NCBI GenBank assembly: GCA_044220955.1
Contig: JBGAQA010000006.1
Span: 1-64,000, forward strand
DNA length: 64,000 nt
Source of the DNA: Sandaracinaceae bacterium
GTDB lineage: Bacteria; Myxococcota_A; Polyangia; Polyangiales; Sandaracinaceae
Direction of reading: 5' to 3'
In this document: positions 30,615-39,222 of the stretch, in pieces
Layout of the letters: every line of letters starts with the position of its first letter
Numbering within the stretch: position 1 is the stretch's first letter
Translations under genes and position numbers: made by a program
The notes under the pieces: model-generated
Seen by the model: only the letters and a program-made list of their open reading frames with translations
The model's database searches: none
Told to the model about the DNA's origin: nothing

Positions 30615-33610
30615 GGGCACGAGCGTCGTCGGTCGTGCTCGCGATCGCGCTCGGGATCACGAGCGCCTGCGCGCGCGTGGCGCCCACGGCTCCGGACGAG
30701 GCCACGTTCGTCGCGATGCGCGTGTCGTCTGCGCTCGAGGCACGCATCGCGTCGGGTCGACTGGCCCTCCGCGTCGCGGGTCACGAGATCGCGCTCGGGG
30801 TGTCGGCGCTCGGCCCCGAAGAACGCCTCGCGCCGCTCGACGGGCCGCCCGATGCCATCTGGGACGGAGAGCTCGTCCGGATCGCGCGCGACGCGTCGCT
30901 CTCCGAGTCGTGGGAAGCGCGGCCCGAGGGTCTCGAGCACCGCATCACGATCGCGCGGAGGCCCGGGCACGCGGGCGCGCTGGTCGTGGCCCTCGGCGTC
31001 GTCGGCACCCTGGCGCCGAGGCGCGCGACCGATGATCGCGTCGACCTCGTCGATCGGAACGGGCACGTCGCCGCGACCTACGCCGGGCTCGTCGTCCGCG
31101 ACGCCGGAGGCCGGGTCCTGCCAGCGCGCCTCGACGTGGACGGATCCGACGCTGCGCGCATCCTGATCCGGATCGACGACGAGGGAGCGAGGTACCCGCT
31201 CGACGTCGATCCGATCCTGGCCACCCAGGACGCCACGATCGTCGCGGCCGACGGCGCCACGGACGACTACTTCGGCGGCGCGCTCGCCATGTCGGGCGAC
31301 GGCGCGCGCATCGCGGTCGGCGTGTTCGGCGACGACCCCTTGCCCGGGACGACGCAAGGCTCCATCCGCGTGTTCGCGCGGAGCGGAGCGACCTGGACCG
31401 AGGAGGCTGCGCTCCGCCTGCCCTCGACGATCCCCGAGATCGCCGGCCAGGTCGTCACCCTGTCGAGCGACGCGCGCTACCTGTTCTCGAGCGCGGGCGG
31501 CGGCGGCGCGGTCCACGTCCACACCCGCAGCGGCACGACCTGGACGTACGACGGGCGCATCGACCCGCCGCCAGCGACGTTCAGCTTCGGCTCGTCGATC
31601 GCGGCGGCTGCCGACGCATCGCGCGTCGTGGTCGGTGACATGCGCAACATGAACGTCGGCTCGCTCGCCGGATCGGCGTACGTCTACGCGCGGTCCGGGA
31701 GCACGTGGTCGCTCGAGGCCACGCTCTACGCGGCCGATCCGGCCGACGACGACTGGTTCGGCGAGACGATCGCGATCAGCGCCGATGGGAGTCGGGCGTT
31801 CGTCGCGGCCCCCTATCGCCGCGTGAACGGCTACCGCAGCGCCGGCAGCGTCTACGTCTACGCCCGGCGCGGCACCACGTGGGCCATCGAGGCCATCCTC
31901 GAGGGGCCGGCGGGCACCGTGTTGACCGACGGACAGCTCGGCCGCTCGCTCGCGGTCTCGGCCGACGGAGCGTTCGCGGTGCTCGGGCACGCCGGGCTCG
32001 GCGGCGCGCGCGTGTTCGCCAGGACCGGCTCGAGCTGGGCCGAGCAGGCGTTCTTGCGGCCCGCGGACGGAGTGCTGACGGTCGCCCTCTCCTCGGACGG
32101 TCTGCGCGTGGTGACGGGCGCGTGGGCAGCCACCGTCGCGGGCCGCCAGCAGGCGGGGAGCGCCGCGCTCTTCCACCGCGTCGGCACGTCGTGGATCGCG
32201 GGCCCCGTCGTCACGGCGCCCGACGGCGCGTCGTACGACGCGTTCGCGTCGCACGTCGCCCTGTCGGCGGACGGCACGCGCGCGGCGTTCGCGGTCCCGC
32301 AGGACGACACGGGCCCGGGGCTCTTCGACGCCGGGAGCGTCCGCGTCTTCTCCGTCACGCTCGCGGCGGTCGGCGATCGATGCGCCGTCGGGGGCGCCTG
32401 CGCGACGGGCTTCTGCGTCGACGGGGTGTGCTGCGCGACCTCGTGCGGTGGCGGGGCTCCGAGCGACTGCGCGGCGTGCAGTGCCGCGCTCACCGGGGGC
32501 GCCGACGGAACGTGTGCCCCGCTCGCGCCGGTGTCCGCCGCGGGCGTGACGTGCCGCCCGGCGGCGGCCGCGTGCGACGCGCCGGAGACGTGCAGCCCGT
32601 CCAGCATGCTCTGTCCTCCGGACGTGGTCGCGAGCGTGGGCACGTCGTGCCGGCCGGTGCTCGGCGTGTGCGACGCGCCCGAGACCTGCGACGGCGTGAG
32701 CGCCACGTGCCCCGCCGACACGTTCGCGAGCGCCAGCGTGGTCTGCCGCCCGGCCGTGTCGGTGTGCGACGTGGCCGAGCAGTGCTCCGGGACGAGCCGA
32801 TCCTGTCCGCCGAACGTCGTGGGGCCGGCGGGCACGGTCTGTCGTCCGGCGACGGGCGTGTGCGACGCCGACGAGATCTGCGACGGAGCGTCACCGGCGT
32901 GTCCCGGCGATCGGCTGCAGCCCCCGGGCAACGTCTGCCGGGGGGCCGCGGGACCCTGCGACGAGAGCGAGGTCTGCGACGGTACGTCCGCCTCGTGCCC
33001 CGACGATCGCGTCCAGGAGGTCGGTGTGGTCTGTCTCGCCGGGAGCGCGACCAACCCGTGCGACGTGGCCGACGTCTGCGACGGCAGCGCCGTGGAGTGC
33101 CGCCCGCGCTTCGCACCCCGCACCACGGTCTGCGCGCCAGCGGGGTCCGGGCCGTGCGACGCGCCCGACCACTGTGCGGGCGTGAGCGCCGACTGCATCG
33201 CCGAGTACGTCGTCGGTGCCGAGTGCCGCCCGGCCGGCGGCGCCTGCGATCGCCGCGAGGTGTGCTCGGGCAGCAGCCCCGACTGCCCGCCCGATCTCGT
33301 CGCGACCGCGGGCGCCTCGTGCCGCACGTCGACGGATCCGTCGTGCGATCCGGAGGAGACCTGCGATGGCACCGCGTCGTCGTGCCCCGCGGATCAGAGC
33401 ACGTGCATGCCGAGGCCGGATGCCGGGGGCGAGGACGCCGCGACGCGCGATGCGGGGCCGAGCGATGCGTCGACGGCCGCAGACGCCGGGCGCCCACCTC
33501 CGTCCGCGGGGTGTGCCTGTGTCGTCGCCTCGTCGTCGCGTCGTGCGCCAGGTGTCGTCGCCGGGCTGCTGGTGGGTCTGCTCTCGCTGCGACGTCGTCG
33601 TCGAGCGTAG
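30611..33610 (+). CDS. Surface protein: N-terminal 'YPLDVDP' domain, FG-GAP repeats, 9 disintegrin-like Cys repeats, MYXO-CTERM
   Basis: Same architecture as 24952-28065; GTGA overlap; ends GCAC...LLSLRRRRRA. Confidence 0.85.
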   Translation: MRARASSVVLAIALGITSACARVAPTAPDEATFVAMRVSSALEARIASGRLALRVAGHEIALGVSALGPEERLAPLDGPPDAIWDGELVRIARDASLSESWEARPEGLEHRITIARRPGHAGALVVALGVVGTLAPRRATDDRVDLVDRNGHVAATYAGLVVRDAGGRVLPARLDVDGSDAARILIRIDDEGARYPLDVDPILATQDATIVAADGATDDYFGGALAMSGDGARIAVGVFGDDPLPGTTQGSIRVFARSGATWTEEAALRLPSTIPEIAGQVVTLSSDARYLFSSAGGGGAVHVHTRSGTTWTYDGRIDPPPATFSFGSSIAAAADASRVVVGDMRNMNVGSLAGSAYVYARSGSTWSLEATLYAADPADDDWFGETIAISADGSRAFVAAPYRRVNGYRSAGSVYVYARRGTTWAIEAILEGPAGTVLTDGQLGRSLAVSADGAFAVLGHAGLGGARVFARTGSSWAEQAFLRPADGVLTVALSSDGLRVVTGAWAATVAGRQQAGSAALFHRVGTSWIAGPVVTAPDGASYDAFASHVALSADGTRAAFAVPQDDTGPGLFDAGSVRVFSVTLAAVGDRCAVGGACATGFCVDGVCCATSCGGGAPSDCAACSAALTGGADGTCAPLAPVSAAGVTCRPAAAACDAPETCSPSSMLCPPDVVASVGTSCRPVLGVCDAPETCDGVSATCPADTFASASVVCRPAVSVCDVAEQCSGTSRSCPPNVVGPAGTVCRPATGVCDADEICDGASPACPGDRLQPPGNVCRGAAGPCDESEVCDGTSASCPDDRVQEVGVVCLAGSATNPCDVADVCDGSAVECRPRFAPRTTVCAPAGSGPCDAPDHCAGVSADCIAEYVVGAECRPAGGACDRREVCSGSSPDCPPDLVATAGASCRTSTDPSCDPEETCDGTASSCPADQSTCMPRPDAGGEDAATRDAGPSDASTAADAGRPPPSAGCACVVASSSRRAPGVVAGLLVGLLSLRRRRRA

Positions 33611-33623
33611 CGGGGCCGGCCGG

Positions 33624-34580
33624 TCAGAACACGACGTCGCAGCGCACACCGACGTCGGCGAACGAGGTACAGCGCAGATCGCCCGCCTGCCGCTCGGTCG
33701 GTGCGCTCGGCGCTCCCAGGATGAGCCCGAGCCCCGTGGCGATCAGGGCGCCACCGGCCGCGTACCCGACGACCACGAACGGGAGCGAGAGGCGGTAGCG
33801 GTTCTGGAGATCGAAGCAGGTCGGGGCGTTGCCGGGGAGGACGTTGTCGGTGGCGGCGTCGACCGTGCACGAGCCGGCGTCGATGTTCGCGTTGAGCGTG
33901 CCCACCGCGCTCGCCCAGATACCCGTCGCGACGGCGCCGCCGGCGGCGAACGCGAGCCCGGTGATCAAGCTCGCCCAGCCGACGTCCCGATAGGTCCCGC
34001 CGGGATCGGGCTGCGGCGCGGCGCCGCCGCCTCCGCCGTCGGACGCATGGCGCACGAGCGCGAGCTCGATCGTCTCGTTCTCGCCGCCCTGGACGCTCAC
34101 GCGCCGCGTGATCGCGTCGTAGCCCTCGGCGCGCGCCACGATCTCGTGGTCGCCGAGGTCGAGGTCGACGGTCTGGCCCGTCGCGGGCGCGCCGTCGACG
34201 TCCACCGACGCGCCGTCGACACTCGCGTGGATGGTGAAGTGCCCCACGAACGCGCGGGCACGGGCGAGCAGCCCCGTGACCTCCGCGCGCATGTCGTCGG
34301 TCAGCGGCGAGCGCTCGTCGGCCAGCGACGCCTCGAGCCAGCGGATGCACTCGCGGTACCGGCGCAGCTCGAACGCGGTCTTGCCGAGGGCGCGCTCGCT
34401 GCGCGCCGTGGGCTGCAGCTCGTGGACGCGGGCGAAGAGCGCGTAGGCCTCCTCGTAGTTGTGCGCGTCGTACTCGCCGACGGCGGCCGCGAGCAGCGCG
34501 TGAACGTCGTCGTCCTGGGCGGACGCGATCGCCGCCGGCAGCGCCAGCGAGAGAGCGAGACCCAGCAGGAGGCGAGCCAT
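33624..34580 (-). CDS. Secreted TPR + PEGA domain protein ending in Phe (paralog of 14418-15371)
   Basis: Signal peptide ...IASA-Q, TPR (EEAYALFARVHELQPTARSERALG), PEGA (VDVDG...GDHEIVARAEGY), ends RCDVVF. Confidence 0.8.
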   Translation of the reverse strand: MARLLLGLALSLALPAAIASAQDDDVHALLAAAVGEYDAHNYEEAYALFARVHELQPTARSERALGKTAFELRRYRECIRWLEASLADERSPLTDDMRAEVTGLLARARAFVGHFTIHASVDGASVDVDGAPATGQTVDLDLGDHEIVARAEGYDAITRRVSVQGGENETIELALVRHASDGGGGGAAPQPDPGGTYRDVGWASLITGLAFAAGGAVATGIWASAVGTLNANIDAGSCTVDAATDNVLPGNAPTCFDLQNRYRLSLPFVVVGYAAGGALIATGLGLILGAPSAPTERQAGDLRCTSFADVGVRCDVVF

Positions 34581-34600
34581 GACGTCGAGCATACGCGTCC

Positions 34601-36154
34601 TCAGAAGTCGTCGAGCGACACACCACCGGCCCGGTGCGTGCTCGCCCCGGTCGTCGCGACGGTCGTGGGCGGGGGTGGGGCGCTCACGTGCGCTGGCGTG
34701 GTGTCGGCGGAGGCGCCGCCGCGATCGTGTCGCCGGCCGTCGTGCCTCGCGCCATCGTCCGCATGACCAGGCCGCGCGTCGCCTGTCTCGGGCTGGGTGT
34801 CCGGTGCCGCCGCGGCCACCGTCGCCGGGACGGTGCTCGCCGGGACGGTGCTCGCCGGGACGGTGCTCGCCGGGACGGTGCTCGCCGGGACGGTGCTCGC
34901 GGCGACGACGACCGCGGGCGGCACGGCCGGGGGCGCGCCCGTCGACGGCGCCGCGGCGATGCTCGTCGGCGGAGCGCCCGGCCCGCCGCTCGCGACCGTC
35001 GGCGCGCCCGAGCTCATGACGGCTGCGGTCGCGGCGGCCGCGACGGCCACGACGCCGAGCGCGACCAGCGAGGCCCAGAGCCACGGCCGCGCCGCGCCGC
35101 TCGCCGCCGGCACCGCGCTCGTGGTCGCGAAGGGCGTCGCGGTGATCGCCGCGCTCCGCGTGGCGGCCGGGGACGGTGGCGCGACCGGCCCGGTCACCTG
35201 TCGCGGGCTCGGGGCCATCATCGTGGCCAGCATCGAGTGCTCGGGATCGCCGTGTCCCGGGCGAGTCGAGGACGGCTTGGGCTCCGAGCTCGCCCGCCGC
35301 AGCGCCTCGAAGAAGTCGGTGACGCTCTTGTAGCGGCCCTCGGGGCTGCGCGTGAGCGCCGTGTCGAGCACGTCGCTGATGGCGCCGAGCTCCGGCCGGA
35401 ACCGGCGGAGCGGGTGGACGTCGCCCGTCACGACCGAGAGCACGACCGCCGTGGCCGTGGCTTCGGGAGGGATGTCGAACGGAGGCCGCCCCGCGAGCGC
35501 CTCGTAGGTCATCACCGCGGTCGACCAGAGGTCGCTGTGCGGCCCGACGTCCTTCGTCCTTCCCATCGCCTGCTCCGGCGACATGTAGAGCGGCGTGCCC
35601 ATGACCGAGCCCGTCTGCGTCGCCGATCCGGCGCTCGCCTGCGTGAGCTTCGCGATCCCGAAGTCGAGGACCTTGGGCACCATCCGGCCGCCCGGCCCGC
35701 GGCTCAGGTACACGTTGTCGGGCTTGATGTCGCGGTGGACGATCCCGTGCGCGTGGGCCGTCGCGAGGGCCTCGCAGACCGGGCCGATGATCGAGAGCAC
35801 CTCCGCGGGGGGGAGCGAGTGCTTCTCCTCGAGGTACTGCGCGAACGACTGCCCCTCGAGGAACTCGAGGACCATGAACACGCACCCGTCCGGCGAGACG
35901 TCCACGTCGTGGACCGCGACGACGTTGGGATGCTGGAGCTTCGAGGTCGCCTGCGCCTCGCGCAGGAAACGCTCGACGACCTCCGTCGACTGCGAGAACT
36001 GGGCGTGGAGGAACTTCACCGCGACGCGGCGATCGAGGCGCAGGTGTACGCCGTCGTACACGACGCCCATGCCGCCCTCACCCAGCACGCGATCGAGCCG
36101 GTACTTGCCGTCCAGGACGGTGCCGACGCGTTCTTGGGCCGTCAGGATGGGCAT
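34601..36154 (-). CDS. Membrane Ser/Thr protein kinase (Hanks type)
   Basis: GEGGMG, HRDIKPDN, DFG and SPE motifs; one TM; tail ends VSLDDF. Confidence 0.95.
   Translation of the reverse strand: MPILTAQERVGTVLDGKYRLDRVLGEGGMGVVYDGVHLRLDRRVAVKFLHAQFSQSTEVVERFLREAQATSKLQHPNVVAVHDVDVSPDGCVFMVLEFLEGQSFAQYLEEKHSLPPAEVLSIIGPVCEALATAHAHGIVHRDIKPDNVYLSRGPGGRMVPKVLDFGIAKLTQASAGSATQTGSVMGTPLYMSPEQAMGRTKDVGPHSDLWSTAVMTYEALAGRPPFDIPPEATATAVVLSVVTGDVHPLRRFRPELGAISDVLDTALTRSPEGRYKSVTDFFEALRRASSEPKPSSTRPGHGDPEHSMLATMMAPSPRQVTGPVAPPSPAATRSAAITATPFATTSAVPAASGAARPWLWASLVALGVVAVAAAATAAVMSSGAPTVASGGPGAPPTSIAAAPSTGAPPAVPPAVVVAASTVPASTVPASTVPASTVPASTVPATVAAAAPDTQPETGDARPGHADDGARHDGRRHDRGGASADTTPAHVSAPPPPTTVATTGASTHRAGGVSLDDF
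34822..34900. repeat. Perfect 15-bp tandem repeat x5 (encodes ASTVP)
   Basis: tcgccgggacggtgc repeated five times. Confidence 0.95.
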
Positions 36155-36172
36155 GGCTCTAGCGACCTCACG

Positions 36173-37855
36173 CTAACACGCTTCCTTGGCTCGCCGTCGC
36201 CGCCGCCGCACGGCGACGAGGCTGCCCGCTAGCGCGAGCGCCAGCACGGAGGGGCTGCCGCCCGCGGCGCCAGCCTCGCACTTGCAGCCGCTGACGTGGT
36301 GGAGCGGCCCCGTCCCGCCGTCCATGCCGACGCCGCCGTCGCCGCCCGTCGAGCCACCGGCATCGACGCCGGAGTCGACGTCCACAGCCCCTGCATCGCA
36401 GGCCGCGGGCGTCGAGCACGTGCCCGCGCCGCAGGTCCCGCTCATCCCGCACGCCGTGCAGGACATCGTCTCGCGCGCGGCCGTGCAGGCGCCGTCCGTC
36501 GTGCCGCCGTTCGCGATGCTGCACGCGACGCAGTCGTCCGTCGCGCCGCCGCCGCACGCGCCCTCGCAGCAGACGTCGTCGACGCAGAAGCCCGAGCCGC
36601 AGCGCTCCGCGAGCGTGCACGCGTCTCCGTCCTCGAGCGGGAAGGGGAAGACACCCGCGTAGCCCAGCGTGGCGCTCGCCTTCGGGGCGCCACCGACCAC
36701 CGTCGCGCCCGAGACGGCCACGCTCGAGCCGAGCAGATCGCCCATCGTCCCGGTCGATGCGTGGTAGCGAGACGCGAGGTGCCAGCCGCCGCCCGACGCG
36801 TCGGGACGGAAGAGGTACACGCTCCCCGAGTCGCTCGTCGGATCGTCGTGGTTCGGGGCGCCGACCACGATGGCGTCGGGGCTCGCCGCCACGCTCCGTC
36901 CGAAGTGGTCGCTCGCCGCCGTGTCGGTGGCCGTGAGGGCCACCGCCGAGCCGATGTCCGGCCAGCCGGTCGACAGCGACGTGCGCACGAGCCCGTAGGC
37001 GGCGCCGCGGCTGCTCTCCTCGTCGGCGCCGATCGCCGCGACCAGGCCGTCGGTCGAGAGCGCGACCGACGTCCCGAACTTGCCCGTCGAGGGCCCGCGG
37101 ATCGGGGCGCCGAACATCCACGTCCCGCTCAGCGTGGCCGGGTAGACCGTGTTCGCCTCCGGGGCGCCGACGAGGATCGAGACGGTGCTCGCGTCCGCTG
37201 CGACCGCGACCGCTGCGCCGAAGCGCTCGCTGCCGGCGACGGCCGTCGGCGTGGTGAGCACCGGCCCGAGCATCGCTCCCGCGTCGTCGAACACGAACAC
37301 GGCACCGGCCCGGCCGCCGCCGCTGTCCGGCGCGCCGATGACGATGGCGCTCCCGGAGGCTCCACGCGACGCGATCGCGACGGCGAGCCCGAAGCGCGTC
37401 GGAGCGCCGCCGGGAGGCGCGACGCGGCTCGCCGTCCAGGGAGGCGTCCCGCCGCCGCGCGTCACGATCCACGCCTGGCCCGCCATGGACGCGTGTCCCG
37501 GGTCGCCGACGATCGCCGTCGTGCCGACGAGCGCGACGCTCGAGCCGAACATGTCTCCCGTGTTGGTGCTGCTCGGCTCGGGATCGGCCAGGGTCTGCTC
37601 GAGCTCCCACGTCGCCGCCGCGGTGCGGTGGTAGATGTAGACGGTGCCGCGGGTCGTGGCCGTGCCCGTGCCGGGCACGCCGACGAGCACGTAGCTCCCG
37701 TCGATCGCCACGGCGGCACCGCCGCGCAGCGCGCCGCCGCTCGCGGGCGCGAGCAACGCCTCTTCTCGCGCGGACGGCTGCGCGCTCGCCAGCGAGGCCG
37801 GCAGGCACGACGATGCCAAGAAGAGGGCTCCGAGGGCGCGTCGTCGTGCGTGCAT
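36173..37855 (-). CDS. FG-GAP repeat surface protein with short Cys-rich region and MYXO-CTERM
   Basis: Signal peptide; FG-GAP repeats; CGSGFCVDDVCC motif shared with the three upstream paralogs; GCKC-hydrophobic-RRRRRR tail. Confidence 0.85.
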   Translation of the reverse strand: MHARRRALGALFLASSCLPASLASAQPSAREEALLAPASGGALRGGAAVAIDGSYVLVGVPGTGTATTRGTVYIYHRTAAATWELEQTLADPEPSSTNTGDMFGSSVALVGTTAIVGDPGHASMAGQAWIVTRGGGTPPWTASRVAPPGGAPTRFGLAVAIASRGASGSAIVIGAPDSGGGRAGAVFVFDDAGAMLGPVLTTPTAVAGSERFGAAVAVAADASTVSILVGAPEANTVYPATLSGTWMFGAPIRGPSTGKFGTSVALSTDGLVAAIGADEESSRGAAYGLVRTSLSTGWPDIGSAVALTATDTAASDHFGRSVAASPDAIVVGAPNHDDPTSDSGSVYLFRPDASGGGWHLASRYHASTGTMGDLLGSSVAVSGATVVGGAPKASATLGYAGVFPFPLEDGDACTLAERCGSGFCVDDVCCEGACGGGATDDCVACSIANGGTTDGACTAARETMSCTACGMSGTCGAGTCSTPAACDAGAVDVDSGVDAGGSTGGDGGVGMDGGTGPLHHVSGCKCEAGAAGGSPSVLALALAGSLVAVRRRRRRAKEAC

Positions 37856-37945
37856 CGCGGGCCCGTACGATACGCCGCCATCACACGGTCGTGCCAGGGA
37901 TCACCGTCGAAGGGCGCCACGCGGCGCAGCACCCGGGGCCACGCC

Positions 37946-37980
37946 GAACCTCCGCGCCCTTGCGCGCGCTGGAACCTGAA
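37946..37980 (-). repeat. Attachment-site duplication: fragment of tRNA-Leu (anticodon loop to T arm)
   Basis: gaacctccgcgcccttgcgcgcgctggaacctgaa matches 45608-45642 at 33 of 35 positions. Confidence 0.9.
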
Positions 37981-38146
37981 GCGAGATTCGACGGCCTGAA
38001 CTCAATGATCTCCACGACTTGAGTCGCGTCACTGGACGTCAGAGGCCGTCAGGAACCGTCGAATTCTGGGCACGGTGCCCAGAATGAACTCGACGCGCAC
38101 CTCGCGCGCTTCCGCGTTGAGACGGACCGCGACGCAGCGCGGCGGT

Positions 38147-38291
38147 CGATGTCCTCGAGTCGCACCGCGACGCCGAAGTGCGGGTCGACGCCGAAGCGAG
38201 CCGCCTGCGCATCGTCGTCGAGGACGTGTTCCCCGGCCAGCGCTACCAGGATCTCACGATCTCGGAGATACGCATCTACTGCGCCCAGTGA
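38147..38291 (+). pseudogene. C-terminal fragment of a discoidin-like (NADase-type glycan-binding) domain gene
   Basis: Reads ...RLRIVVEDVFPGQRYQDLTISEIRIYCAQ* with no start; cut off at the island end. Confidence 0.55.
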
Positions 38292-38398
38292 ACCGCGCGG
38301 GTGAGTACTCGAGCCGTCAGACGCACGCCGCGCAGTGCCGTCATCACCGCAACACCGCGTTCCCTTGGGCGCTGCGAGGTTGCGGAGTTGATGCCGGC

Positions 38399-38836
38399 CT
38401 ACGACCGTCCCCCGAAATCTGCACTGTGCTCGGCAGCGAGTACGCGGGCCGCCACCAGGACCAACAGGTCGCGCGCCCGTCCCGTGGCGGACGGCGTCTC
38501 CGCGATGAGCGTCTTGGCCTCCTCGAAGGTGGTCCACCGCACCGCGTCGGTCTCCTTCGGATCGGGATCTCCGACACGCGCGCCTGCGCGCATCAGCCAG
38601 AAGCGCGTGATGGATGTGGTACCAGCGAAGTCCTTAGCCAACGGGGCGATGATCGTCGCCGTGTATCCAGTCTCCTCGAGCACCTCGCGCAGCGCAGCGG
38701 CCTCAGGAGCTTCGCCGGGATCTGCGCCGCCCTTCGGGAACGTCCAGGCGTATCCGCCGAAGTTTCCTGTCGCGTGGCGCAGCAGGAACCGCCCGTGGGC
38801 GTCGATGACCACGCCGCCGCAGGCCATCTGCTTCAT
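38399..38836 (-). CDS. NUDIX hydrolase
   Basis: Complete Nudix box GGADPGEAPEAAALREVLEETGY preceded by WTFPKG; ATGA overlap with the upstream gene. Confidence 0.92.
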   Translation of the reverse strand: MKQMACGGVVIDAHGRFLLRHATGNFGGYAWTFPKGGADPGEAPEAAALREVLEETGYTATIIAPLAKDFAGTTSITRFWLMRAGARVGDPDPKETDAVRWTTFEEAKTLIAETPSATGRARDLLVLVAARVLAAEHSADFGGRS

Positions 38837-39180
38837 CGCGCCCTCGATGACCCGCGCGTGATGCGCCGGAGGATGGACCACACGTCGAGGTAGAGGTGCG
38901 CGCGCTCGGGAGCGTGCTGTTCGACGCGGCCCTTAAAGTTCTCGTAGTCGATGTCCTTCACCGCGGCGGCCGCAGCGCTGGCGACGGCGGCCACGGGCGC
39001 GCGTGCGCGGAACGGGTAGTCGGAGCCGCCCTTCGTGGTCGGCCCGAGCTCGGGGAGGTAACGCTCGCGAAGCTTGTCGAGATCGGGGGCGGCCCGAGCG
39101 CGGACGGTGAGCATGCCCTCGGCGGCGTCGCCCGGCTTGGCGACGATGGAGAAGAAGCCGGCGGTCGTGATGAGCCACAT
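38833..39180 (-). CDS. Conserved hypothetical protein (MWL.T..GFFSIV / VRAR / DY.FR / IDY.NFK)
   Basis: 115 aa globular-looking ORF translationally coupled to the NUDIX gene. Confidence 0.8.
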   Translation of the reverse strand: MWLITTAGFFSIVAKPGDAAEGMLTVRARAAPDLDKLRERYLPELGPTTKGGSDYPFRARAPVAAVASAAAAAVKDIDYENFKGRVEQHAPERAHLYLDVWSILRRITRGSSRAR

Positions 39181-39222
39181 GAGTACAAGACGGCAAGGGC
39201 AGGGACGAACTGACGCTCGTCG

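Noticed and set aside
26960..33400. Regularly spaced ~96-bp repeats as a CRISPR array or DGR
   Set aside because: They are degenerate in-frame Cys-rich protein repeats; no identical direct repeats, cas genes or reverse transcriptase are present
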